From Actinomycetota bacterium (GTDB lineage: Bacteria; Actinomycetota; Actinomycetes; Actinomycetales; Microbacteriaceae): 30,342 nt of DNA. The notes beneath the pieces were generated by a model. The model saw only the letters and a program-made list of their open reading frames with translations. It was not told where the DNA came from and did no database searches. The position numbers and the translations under genes are program-made. The stretch covers positions 1-30,342 of the forward strand of contig JBDKLU010000031.1 of NCBI GenBank assembly GCA_039795475.1, read 5' to 3'. This document shows positions 1-8,319 of the stretch, one piece after another (the stretch's first letter is position 1; each line of letters begins with the position of its first letter).

Positions 1-815
1 CCGACCTTGCAACGACGCTTCTCGACCTTCCTGAAGAACGCCGCCTTGAAGTTGCCGAAGAACTCTCTGATGACCGCCTCGCTGACGTTCTCGAAGAGAT
101 GGACGAGAGCGACCAGGTCACCCTGATTACCAAGCTTGACGACGAGCGCGCCGCTGACGTTCTCGATGAAATGGACCCCGACGACGCAGCTGACCTCATT
201 GCTCAGCTTCCCGACGCGCAGGGTGAGATTCTGCTCGATCTGATGGAGCCTGAAGAGGCAGAAGACGTTCGTATGCTTCTGAGCTTCGGTGCCGACACCG
301 CTGGTGGTCTGATGACTACTGAGCCGATCATTCTCTCGGCGGAGTCGACAGTTGCTGAGGCCCTCGCGCACATCCGTCGCCACGAGCTCGACCCAACGCT
401 TGCCGCTTCGGTGTGCGTCACTCTTCCACCGTTTGAAGCCCCCACCGGCCGATTCCTGGGTCTTGTGCACTTCCAACGACTGCTTCGCTACCCACCGCAC
501 GAGCGCATTGGCGCCCTTCTCGACGAGGGCACTGAAGCGATTCCGGTTACCACCTCGGCGGCTGAAGTCGCACGTATTTTGGCTAGCTACAACCTTGTTG
601 CCGTGCCCGTCGTCGACGAACACAACCGCTTGGTCGGCGTTGTCACCATTGACGACGTTCTCGACTACCTCTTGCCTGACGACTGGCGAAGTCATGATGA
701 CAGCGACGACGTGAAACCATCAGCGAAAAAGACTCCAGCTCGACGACGCACGCCTGCCAAGAAGGTGACTGCACCAACAACTACCCGCGGAAGGAGGGGA
801 ACCAATGGCTCGTAA
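1..815 (+). CDS. MgtE intracellular-domain/CBS-pair protein, 5'-truncated by the window
   Basis: The frame is open from base 3 (DLATTLLDLPEERRLEVAEELSDDRLADVLEEM...), so the track's ATG at 99 is internal. It has MgtE_N-type repeats (M.PDDAADL), the TAGGLMTTEP linker and CBS motifs (VPVVDEHNRLVGVVTIDDVL). There is no transmembrane domain. It sits upstream of DUF1003-mrp as in other actinobacteria. Confidence 0.88.
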   Translation, partial: DLATTLLDLPEERRLEVAEELSDDRLADVLEEMDESDQVTLITKLDDERAADVLDEMDPDDAADLIAQLPDAQGEILLDLMEPEEAEDVRMLLSFGADTAGGLMTTEPIILSAESTVAEALAHIRRHELDPTLAASVCVTLPPFEAPTGRFLGLVHFQRLLRYPPHERIGALLDEGTEAIPVTTSAAEVARILASYNLVAVPVVDEHNRLVGVVTIDDVLDYLLPDDWRSHDDSDDVKPSAKKTPARRRTPAKKVTAPTTTRGRRGTNGS

Positions 816-1326
816 CGACGAAGACAACTACTTCGACACTCCGAAAGGCTTTACCGGTCTGGGCCCCCGCCCGGCTCGTAGTCGTGACCGCTTTGGCCGA
901 TTCACCGAGACCATCGCGCGCGGAATGGGCACGCCGTGGTTCCTGCTCGGACTGACCCTCTTCTGTGTGCTCTGGATCACGTTCAACTCGATCGCACCAG
1001 AATCGTGGCGATTCGACTCGGCAGCCATCGGCTTCACCGCACTGACGCTGCTGCTTTCACTTCAAGCTTCGTATGCAGCGCCCATGATCCTGCTCGCGCA
1101 AAACCGTCAGGATGACCGCGACCGCGTGCAATTCGAACAAGACCGTCAGCGCGCCGAACGAAACCTCGCCGATACCGAGTACCTTGCCCGTGAGGTCGTT
1201 GCGCTGCGTCTCGCGATGAAAGACGTTGCAACGAAAGATTTCATTCGCGCCGAGCTTCGTGCACTTCTCGAAGAACTCGAAAACGAAAAGGCTGCTTCCA
1301 AGAAGCCTGCTCCTCGCAAAAAATGA
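805..1326 (+). CDS. DUF1003 membrane protein
   Basis: Motifs GRFTETIARGMGTPWFL and FTALTLLLSLQASYAAPMILLAQNRQDDRD are typical of the family. RBS GGAAGGAGGG precedes the ATG. It overlaps the upstream gene by 11 nt. Confidence 0.88.
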   Translation: MARNDEDNYFDTPKGFTGLGPRPARSRDRFGRFTETIARGMGTPWFLLGLTLFCVLWITFNSIAPESWRFDSAAIGFTALTLLLSLQASYAAPMILLAQNRQDDRDRVQFEQDRQRAERNLADTEYLAREVVALRLAMKDVATKDFIRAELRALLEELENEKAASKKPAPRKK

Positions 1327-2444
1327 GCGATCTGGCTCAGGCCGTTCGTGAAGCTGCCGGCGCAGTCATCGACCCGGAACTTCGCCGCACGCTTGCCGAC
1401 ATTGGCATGATTGGCGAGGTTACTGCTGCCGGCTCGAGCGCGAGCATCCAATTGAAATTGACGATTGCCGGATGCCCGGCGGCGGTCAGCATCGAACACG
1501 ATGTTCGCGCTGCCGCAGGTGCAGTGCCCGGTATTTCGCAGGTCGATGTTGATGTCACCGCGATGACTGCGGATGAGCGTGCCGAGATGCTCGCTCGGCT
1601 GCGCCCAGAAGGTGCGAAACACAATCCGTTCACGGCCGACTCACTGACTCGCGTGATTGCTGTCACCAGCGGCAAGGGTGGCGTCGGTAAGTCGTCACTG
1701 ACGGCGAATCTCGCATGCGCTTTGAGCGCCGAGGGCTACCGGGTGGGCATTCTCGATGCAGACGTACACGGATACTCGATTCCCGCGTTGATGGGTCTGG
1801 CGCCGAATGGCATTCCGGTGCGCCCCACTCGCCTTGACGACATGATTCTGCCGCCGGTTGGCCATGACGTGAAGGTGATCTCGATTGGCATGTTCGTTGA
1901 CGACCAGTCGACGGCTGTTGCCTGGCGTGGCCCCATGTTGCAACGCACGATCAGCCAATTCCTGACCGATGTTTACTTCGGTGACCTCGACTTCTTACTG
2001 CTGGACCTCCCACCAGGAACAGGCGATGTTGCGATCACCGTCGGACAGTTATTGCCGCACTCAGACGTGCTCATCGTCACCACTCCCCAACCTGCCGCGG
2101 CAGGAGTCGCTATCCGCGCTGGAATGCTGGCACGCCAAACTGGCCAGCGGGTTATCGGTGTGGTCGAAAACATGAGCGCTATGACGGCCGCGGACGGTTC
2201 AACCATCGACCTCTTCGGCTCGGGTGGAGCTCAGGCAGTGGCCGATGGTCTCGGAGATTCAGTTCCGGTACTCGTGCAGATCCCGCTGAGCGTTGGTCTG
2301 CGCGTTGGCGGCGACACGGGCATCCCCGTTGTAGTCAGTGATGCGCAAGACCCGAGTGCCGTCGCAATCAGAGAACTGGCGCGCACAATTGCAACCTCAG
2401 GCGTTTCGCGCGCCGGCAAATCGCTTGGCTTGACCCCGCGCTAA
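1323..2444 (+). CDS. mrp: Mrp/NBP35 (ApbC) Fe-S cluster carrier ATPase
   Basis: N-terminal DPEL...LTIAGCP domain, deviant Walker A SGKGGVGKS, ILDADVHG, WRGPM, LLDLPPGTGD and GVVENMS. ATGA overlap with DUF1003. Confidence 0.95.
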   Translation: MSDLAQAVREAAGAVIDPELRRTLADIGMIGEVTAAGSSASIQLKLTIAGCPAAVSIEHDVRAAAGAVPGISQVDVDVTAMTADERAEMLARLRPEGAKHNPFTADSLTRVIAVTSGKGGVGKSSLTANLACALSAEGYRVGILDADVHGYSIPALMGLAPNGIPVRPTRLDDMILPPVGHDVKVISIGMFVDDQSTAVAWRGPMLQRTISQFLTDVYFGDLDFLLLDLPPGTGDVAITVGQLLPHSDVLIVTTPQPAAAGVAIRAGMLARQTGQRVIGVVENMSAMTAADGSTIDLFGSGGAQAVADGLGDSVPVLVQIPLSVGLRVGGDTGIPVVVSDAQDPSAVAIRELARTIATSGVSRAGKSLGLTPR

Positions 2445-3017
2445 CACCACGACAACAATTAGCGGCCAAATGCCTTCCAGCCAGGCAGCTGCGCGTTCCA
2501 TCGTGCCGACATAGCCCGTGCCCGGGTTCGCCCACACGGCAAGGAACCAGAAACAGAACACGGCCATCACAGCGGTCGCGATAATCGACGGCACTGGGCG
2601 AAGCACCCACGGGATGCTACGGTCGCGACGCCAGCCCACGAGCGGCCAAGCAGCAAGCAGGATGAATCCAACCATGGCGCTGAGTTTGTGCTCGAGAGAG
2701 GAATTTGCCGCCATCGTTTCGAGTGGAAACGCGGCAACACCAAAGAACGAGAGACCGCTCACGAAGATGAAGATGCGGCCCGTCATTGCGATCGCGGGTG
2801 TGTAAAAAGCAACGACAAGCGTGGCAACACCAATGAGGCAAAAGATGGTGTTCATGTAGACCTGCGTTGGTGCATCCCCGGCGGCCATCTCAGAGATGGT
2901 CTGAGTAAAGGGGTTGTAGCTTGGCCAAGTCGCCATACCGAGAAGCTGACCGCCGATAGAAAGAACGGGGGCTGCAACTCCCGCAATCAGACCGGGAAGG
3001 CGAACCCAGGCCTTCAT
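2397..3017 (-). CDS. DUF998-like multi-pass membrane protein
   Basis: About 5-6 hydrophobic helices, with YNPFTQTISEMAAGDAP, AAFP, an H in the central helix and a C-terminal G.MER motif, as seen in DUF998. ATGA-coupled to the tatB stop. Confidence 0.7.
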   Translation of the reverse strand: MKAWVRLPGLIAGVAAPVLSIGGQLLGMATWPSYNPFTQTISEMAAGDAPTQVYMNTIFCLIGVATLVVAFYTPAIAMTGRIFIFVSGLSFFGVAAFPLETMAANSSLEHKLSAMVGFILLAAWPLVGWRRDRSIPWVLRPVPSIIATAVMAVFCFWFLAVWANPGTGYVGTMERAAAWLEGIWPLIVVVVLARGQAKRFAGARNA

Positions 3018-3394
3018 GTCGATTCGAGGTCGAAAGGTGTGGATGCTGAGCGCTCACGCGGTGCGGGCGCGGGTTCATCCGTGGAAGCCGCCTTCGAGTT
3101 CGTCGTGCGAATCGGTCGATCCGCTCCGCCGGGAAGAAGAGGGTCGTCGAGAAGAGCTTCACGAATGATTCGGCGAGGGTCGTAGCGACGCGGATCGAGT
3201 TTCTGCCACTCAACTTCGTCGAAGTCGTCGCCCATTTCTTCGCGCATGCGCTCCTTGGCGCCATTAGCCATCTTGCGCAGGCTCTTCACGAGCTGAGCGA
3301 GTTTTGCCGCGTACTGAGGCAAGCGTTCGGGACCAAGCAAAAAGACAGCAATCACGCCAATGACGAGAAGCTTTTCGAAGGTCAAACCGAACAC
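3014..3394 (-). CDS. tatB: Sec-independent protein translocase TatB
   Basis: MFGLTFEKLLVIGVIAVFLLGPERLP N-terminus, amphipathic helix and WQKLDPRRYDPRRIIREAL motif. GTG start. Confidence 0.9.
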   Translation of the reverse strand: MFGLTFEKLLVIGVIAVFLLGPERLPQYAAKLAQLVKSLRKMANGAKERMREEMGDDFDEVEWQKLDPRRYDPRRIIREALLDDPLLPGGADRPIRTTNSKAASTDEPAPAPRERSASTPFDLEST

Positions 3395-3437
3395 ACTACG
3401 AGACTACCGCGCCTAAAAACACTGGTCACCCTAGTCT
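3395..3437. promoter_or_regulatory. Divergent promoters: TAGTCT (-, 3401-3406) for leaderless tatB and TAGTCT (+, 3432-3437) for the O-methyltransferase
   Basis: The same TANNNT hexamer occurs on both strands. The minus copy is exactly 6 nt from the tatB GTG. The plus copy precedes RBS AGGAGG (3446-3451). Confidence 0.65.
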
Positions 3438-3460
3438 TGAGTTCTAGGAGGTTACTACCC

Positions 3461-4087
3461 ATGCTTGAGCACCTTGACTTGGCCTACGTCAACGACGCCG
3501 CGGTCGAAACAACGACCATCGCGAAGGCACGCGAGTTGTCGGTAGAGCACGGCATCACGCCGATTTCAGCCACCATTGGCGCGCAGTACGCGATCGCGAC
3601 GGCAAGCACCCAGGCTCAGAACATCATCGAGATTGGCACCGGCTTTGGTGTCTCCGGTTTGTGGCTTCTCTCGGGGGCTCCCACCGCAACCCTGACCTCC
3701 ATTGACGATGAGTACGACCACCACGAGCAGTCCAAGCCGCTCTTTCTTGAAGCGGGATACCCAGCAAACCGAGTGCGTTTGATCACCGGTCGCGATTCCG
3801 ATGTTTTACCTCGCATGAACGAGAACACCTACGACGTTGCCGTTGTCGACGGTGACCCGCACCAGCTTCTGTTCAACGTTGAACACGCTCTGCGACTTGT
3901 TCGACCTGGCGGAGTCGTGCTCATTCCACACGCCCTCTGGAACGGTGAGGTTGCCGAGCCAGCCAAGCGCGGTGCCGTACCGAGTGCCTTGCGCGCGATC
4001 ATGAAGAACGCAACCGATGACGAGAACCAGGTCTGGACGCTGAGCCCGATTGGCGACGGACTTCTGCAAATCGTCAAAACTGCTTAA
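3461..4087 (+). CDS. SAM-dependent O-methyltransferase (Rv1220c-like)
   Basis: IIEIGTGFGVSGLWL SAM motif, LTSIDDE, YDVAVVDGD and LLRPGG-like LVRPGG. Start moved from the track's TTG 3437 to ATG 3461 because AGGAGG lies 9 nt upstream. Confidence 0.88.
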   Translation: MLEHLDLAYVNDAAVETTTIAKARELSVEHGITPISATIGAQYAIATASTQAQNIIEIGTGFGVSGLWLLSGAPTATLTSIDDEYDHHEQSKPLFLEAGYPANRVRLITGRDSDVLPRMNENTYDVAVVDGDPHQLLFNVEHALRLVRPGGVVLIPHALWNGEVAEPAKRGAVPSALRAIMKNATDDENQVWTLSPIGDGLLQIVKTA

Positions 4088-4116
4088 GCGCTGATTTCGA
4101 CAAGCTCAATCAACTC

Positions 4117-4149
4117 AAAAAACAAAGCCCCGCTTGAGCGGGGCTTTGT
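4117..4149. terminator. Intrinsic terminator between convergent O-methyltransferase and DUF3117, likely bidirectional
   Basis: Perfect stem ACAAAGCCCCGC(4122-4133)-TTGA-GCGGGGCTTTGT(4138-4149). The A-run at 4117-4122 gives a U tail on the minus strand. Confidence 0.88.
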
Positions 4150-4165
4150 GCGTTCGGTTGAGGCT

Positions 4166-4333
4166 TTAGGCCAGAACCTTGCCTAGCAGGCTGTGAAGCT
4201 CGGTTACTTCATCGTTGGTCATCGATACAGCCATACGGCCGCCACCCTCGAGTGGAACCTTCACGATGATGAGACGACCTTCTTTGGTTGCCTCCATAGG
4301 ACCGTCGCCGGTGCGTGGTTTCTGCGCCGCCAT
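4166..4333 (-). CDS. DUF3117 small protein (55 aa), absent from the ORF track
   Basis: Manual translation: MAAQKPRTGDGPMEATKEGRLIIVKVPLEGGGRMAVSMTNDEVTELHSLLGKVLA*. It matches the actinobacterial MAAMKPRTGDGP...VPLEGGGRL signature. RBS GAAAGGGG lies upstream. Confidence 0.92.
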   Translation of the reverse strand: MAAQKPRTGDGPMEATKEGRLIIVKVPLEGGGRMAVSMTNDEVTELHSLLGKVLA

Positions 4334-4426
4334 GGGCACCCCTTTCGAATTACTCCTTCTATTATCCCAGTCCTACAGACACTGAAATACCACGAGGAGG
4401 GTTCAGAGCAGAGAGTTCACTCAGAG

Positions 4427-5620
4427 TTAGGGCGGCGACCAGTCATAATCACTGATCGCCCAGCAGAACGCAATCCAGTACCACTGCAATGCGAGAAACA
4501 CGATGACGAGCACGATCCGGTACAACTTTGATTTCGGCGCCGCGAACATTCCCAGAGCGGGGAACATCGGAGCTAGAAGTCGGAACGTGCTCGACTGCGG
4601 AAAGAACACTGCCAGCAGATAAACGCTGTAGCTGAACATCCACAAGCGCATGTCCAGGCCCAGCCTGCGCGATGCCGGAGCGAAAATCACAGCAGCGAAT
4701 AGGGCGAGCGCGCCTGCGAGCACGAAATAACTCATTGGCGCCGAGAACCAGTACTGCGCCGCCTGCAACCAGGGCGTGAATGGAACCAGCTCAACCCAGC
4801 CGACATACGCTGCTCGCCACGAAAGTTCCGTCTGCACATAAGCGCTCGGCACCCCGGTGACTAATCCGGCAATTCCCGCCCAAGCGAAACCCGCCACCAG
4901 ACTGGCGAAAGTCGCGGCGATTAATTTCCAGCGCTCGCGCATCGGGAATCCTGCTCGTCGACCTTTGACATAACGGAAAATGCCGTGGAGGCCAAGGGTA
5001 AGAGCGAGGGCAAGAGCTCCGGGACGAGTAAATCCCAACAAGATTGCGACTGGGATGATCCACAAATACTGTCGGCGAACAAGAAGCAGAAGCGCAGTGG
5101 CAATCAGAAGTAGCTGAAGCGACTCTGCGTACGCCACCTGATAGATCGGTGCAACGGGCGCCACGCTAAACAGGATGATGGCGAAGAAAGCCTGCTGCAC
5201 CTGCAAGAAGTGAGCGAAAAGCTTGTAAATGATGAGCGTCGCACCGAAAGCGGCGATGACCGAAACCGAGATTGCAACGGTATTCCAGTCCAAGCCGGTG
5301 AGCACCATGAACAACTTGCACAATGCCGGATACAGCGGAAGAAAAGCCCATGAATTCTGTTGGACGTGTCCTTCTGCGTCATGCGGCAGGATCGTCGGGT
5401 AACCGTTCTCGGCAATAAGGTTGTACCAGCGCCCATCCCAAATGCTCGAAAAATCTCCAAAGTTCGGGTGGGCGCCCGTCCAATCATTTGCCAGCTGGTG
5501 GTCGGCAAACCAGATGAGCATCGCCGTCGAAATAACCCGACCGGCGATAAACACGATGGTCACTGCGAGCCACCACGGCATCCTCAGGATGCGCGCAGGC
5601 CGCGTAGCGAACGAAACCAT
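4427..5620 (-). CDS. Polytopic GT-C glycosyltransferase, PIG-V/mannosyltransferase-like
   Basis: About 10 TM segments with WDGRWYNLIAENGY, AFLPLYP and YAESL motifs, resembling the WD..WY..IA..GY / AFFPLYP / YTESLF pattern of PIG-V-type enzymes. The ATG abuts the dapE stop. Confidence 0.7.
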   Translation of the reverse strand: MVSFATRPARILRMPWWLAVTIVFIAGRVISTAMLIWFADHQLANDWTGAHPNFGDFSSIWDGRWYNLIAENGYPTILPHDAEGHVQQNSWAFLPLYPALCKLFMVLTGLDWNTVAISVSVIAAFGATLIIYKLFAHFLQVQQAFFAIILFSVAPVAPIYQVAYAESLQLLLIATALLLLVRRQYLWIIPVAILLGFTRPGALALALTLGLHGIFRYVKGRRAGFPMRERWKLIAATFASLVAGFAWAGIAGLVTGVPSAYVQTELSWRAAYVGWVELVPFTPWLQAAQYWFSAPMSYFVLAGALALFAAVIFAPASRRLGLDMRLWMFSYSVYLLAVFFPQSSTFRLLAPMFPALGMFAAPKSKLYRIVLVIVFLALQWYWIAFCWAISDYDWSPP

Positions 5621-6688
5621 CTAGCTCAGCCAGTTACGCAGAACGCGTTCGCACTCAACAATCTGGGCGGTGGGGACGCGCTCGTCATCGGCGTGAGCCA
5701 GAGAGGGATCACCTGGTCCAAAGTTGACTGCCGGAATGCCAAACTCGCTGAATCGTGCGACGTCTGTCCAACCGTATTTCGCAGCCGGTTCGGCGCCGAC
5801 AACACCGATGAACTCACGAGCGATTGTGGAGGTGAGCCCCGGGCGAGCGCCTGGTGCTGCATCATCGACAGAGATCTCGTACCCGGCGAAGACAGAAGCC
5901 AGGTGTTCGAGCGCTTGGTCGATGCTCTTGTCGGGTGCGAATCGATAGTTGACCATGAGGGTCGCAGCATCAGGAATGACGTTTCCGGCAACGCCACCCG
6001 TGACCGAAACAGCACTGAGCGACTCGCGATAGACCAGACCGTCCACTTCAACGCTGGCTGCGCCATAGGACGCAAGTGTGGCTAGGGCCGGGCCGAGCTT
6101 GTGAATCGCGTTGTCGCCCATCCACGCCCGTGCCGAGTGCGCACGCTTGCCAGACACGGTCAGTGCCACACGGAGCGTTCCGTTGCAGCCACCTTCGACA
6201 GTCCCGTTGCTTGGCTCACCCAAAATCGCAAAGTCAGCCTCGAGCAGTTCGGGGCGCGTGCGGGCAACACGACCTAGACCATTGAGGTCAGCAGAGACCT
6301 CTTCGTGGTCGTAGAAGATCCAGGTGATGTCGTGTCGTGGCTCACTCAGCTCGACTGCGAGCTTCACTGCAACGGCAACGCCAGCCTTCATGTCGACGGT
6401 TCCGCGGCCCCACAGGGTTTCTCCGTCAAGACGAGTCGGCAGGTTGTTGTTCACCGGAACGGTATCGATATGTCCTGCGACGATAACGCGCTGAGCGCGA
6501 CCAAGGTTCGTGCGAGCAAAAATGGCATCCGCATCCCGAATCACCTCGAGGTGACCGGCGGCTCGCAACGCCGACTCGATTGCGTCGGCGAGCGCCTTCT
6601 CGTTTCCAGAGACCGATTCGATGTCACAAATAGCACCTGTGAGCTCGACAACATCGACAGACGTGTTGAGGGCAGACGCAGAGGACAT
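5621..6688 (-). CDS. dapE: Succinyl-diaminopimelate desuccinylase
   Basis: M20 motifs AGHIDTVP, GRGTVDMKAG, YDHEE, GEP, HSAR, GWTDVARF and GPGDP..AH. Confidence 0.95.
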   Translation of the reverse strand: MSSASALNTSVDVVELTGAICDIESVSGNEKALADAIESALRAAGHLEVIRDADAIFARTNLGRAQRVIVAGHIDTVPVNNNLPTRLDGETLWGRGTVDMKAGVAVAVKLAVELSEPRHDITWIFYDHEEVSADLNGLGRVARTRPELLEADFAILGEPSNGTVEGGCNGTLRVALTVSGKRAHSARAWMGDNAIHKLGPALATLASYGAASVEVDGLVYRESLSAVSVTGGVAGNVIPDAATLMVNYRFAPDKSIDQALEHLASVFAGYEISVDDAAPGARPGLTSTIAREFIGVVGAEPAAKYGWTDVARFSEFGIPAVNFGPGDPSLAHADDERVPTAQIVECERVLRNWLS

Positions 6689-6719
6689 GGCTCAAGTTTA
6701 TGGCGGGTAACCTAGAGGC
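6689..6719. promoter_or_regulatory. Back-to-back leaderless promoters for dapE (TAAACT, -, 6695-6700) and dapD (TAACCT, +, 6708-6713)
   Basis: The intergenic region is 31 bp. Each TANNNT is exactly 6 nt from its ATG, and neither gene has an SD. Confidence 0.75.
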
Positions 6720-7664
6720 ATGGCTTCGACGCTCGAACACACACACGCTTGGGGATACGGACTCGCCACGATTGCTGGCGACGGAACCGTTCTCGACACC
6801 TGGTATCCCACCCCTTCCCTCGGTCGTATGCCCGCTGGGGCAAGCACCATGACCGCGCCTGAATCGATCACGGACTTCGTGCGTGAAGATGCCCGCCGCA
6901 ACGTGCGCGTCGATGTCGTAGCAATCGAGATTGAGTTGGCGGCTGCCCCCCAGGGCGCATCCGACGCTTACCTGCGTCTGCACCTGCTGTCGCACCTGCT
7001 TGTCGCCCCAAACACCATCAACCTGGACGGAATATTCGGCCAGCTACCGAACGTGGCGTGGACAAATGCCGGCCCGGTTCACCCTGACGACGTCACCGCG
7101 CTTCGCCCCGCGCTTGTTCGCGAGGGCATTCAGATACAGGGAATCGACCGCTTCCCGCGCCTTACCGATTACGTCACGCCAGATCGCGTGCGCATCGCAG
7201 ATGCATCCCGCGTTCGCCTCGGCGCACACCTCGCACCGGGCACCGTGATCATGCACGAAGGTTTCTGTAACTTCAACGCTGGCACGCTCGGCACCTCGAT
7301 GGTTGAAGGTCGCATCTCGCAGGGCGTTGTCGTCGGAGACGGCAGCGACATCGGCGGTGGCGCATCCATCATGGGAACTCTTTCGGGTGGTGGCACTCAG
7401 CGTGTAGCTATCGGCGCTCGTTCACTTCTAGGAGCCAACTCTGGAATCGGCATCTCGATCGGCGACGACTGTGTCGTTGAAGCCGGCCTCTACGTCACCG
7501 CAGGAACCAAGGTAGTAGTTCTCGGCGAAACCCCACGCACGGTCAAGGCCGTTGAGCTTTCAGGGGTGAACGGTCTCCTGTTCCGTCGCAATTCACAGAC
7601 CGGCGCCGTTGAGGTCAGCTCGCGCACCGGCGTTGGCATCACCCTGAACTCAGCGCTGCACTAA
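6720..7664 (+). CDS. dapD: Tetrahydrodipicolinate N-succinyltransferase (actinobacterial type)
   Basis: [56 protein letters not shown], hexapeptide repeats and [13 protein letters not shown]. Confidence 0.95.
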   Translation: MASTLEHTHAWGYGLATIAGDGTVLDTWYPTPSLGRMPAGASTMTAPESITDFVREDARRNVRVDVVAIEIELAAAPQGASDAYLRLHLLSHLLVAPNTINLDGIFGQLPNVAWTNAGPVHPDDVTALRPALVREGIQIQGIDRFPRLTDYVTPDRVRIADASRVRLGAHLAPGTVIMHEGFCNFNAGTLGTSMVEGRISQGVVVGDGSDIGGGASIMGTLSGGGTQRVAIGARSLLGANSGIGISIGDDCVVEAGLYVTAGTKVVVLGETPRTVKAVELSGVNGLLFRRNSQTGAVEVSSRTGVGITLNSALH

Positions 7665-8311
7665 TGGCGGACACATCCCCCATCAAGGTAGACATCTGGT
7701 CGGATGTGCAATGCCCCTGGTGCTACATCGGCAAACGCAAATTTGAGGCCGGGGTAAAAGCCTTCGGACGCCCCGTCGAGATTGAGTACCACTCGTACGA
7801 GCTCTCCCCCGACACCCCCGTCGATTACAACGGAAGCCCCATCGACTACCTCAGCGAGCGCAAAGGCCTCCCCCTCGACCAGGTCAACCAGATGCTCGAA
7901 CGCGTCACCGGCATTGCTGCCGAAGTTGGTCTCGACTACCACTACGAGCTAGTGCACCAAACCAACACCCGCAAAGCCCACGAAGTGCTGCACTATGCCA
8001 AAGCTCACGGCAAGCAGGTTGAGATGAAAGAACGCCTTCTCAAGGGCTACTTCATCGAAGGAGCCCACGTGGGCAAACTCGAACAACTCGCCGACCTCGC
8101 CGCCGAAATCGGGCTCGACCGCGACGACGTCTTGCGCAGCCTCGAAGCGAGTGAATACGCAGACGCAGTCGAAGCCGATGTTCAGCAAGCGAATGCTTAC
8201 GGCATTCAAGGCGTTCCGTTCTACGTCATCGACGGCAAATACGGGATTTCCGGAGCCCAACCGGCAGAAGCCTTCGCCGGAGCCCTCGAACAAGCCCTAA
8301 GCGAGCGCTAA
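7664..8311 (+). CDS. DsbA-family (FrnE-like) cytoplasmic thiol oxidoreductase
   Basis: WSDVQCPWCYIGKRKF (CxxC), GVPFYVIDGKYGISGAQP (cis-Pro loop) and no signal peptide. TAATG overlap with dapD. Confidence 0.88.
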   Translation: MADTSPIKVDIWSDVQCPWCYIGKRKFEAGVKAFGRPVEIEYHSYELSPDTPVDYNGSPIDYLSERKGLPLDQVNQMLERVTGIAAEVGLDYHYELVHQTNTRKAHEVLHYAKAHGKQVEMKERLLKGYFIEGAHVGKLEQLADLAAEIGLDRDDVLRSLEASEYADAVEADVQQANAYGIQGVPFYVIDGKYGISGAQPAEAFAGALEQALSER

Positions 8312-8319
8312 AACCGGAC

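Noticed and set aside
4193-4531. 112-aa + strand ORF in the track
   Set aside because: Antisense to the real DUF3117 gene and the glycosyltransferase 3' end, and it starts after a terminator.
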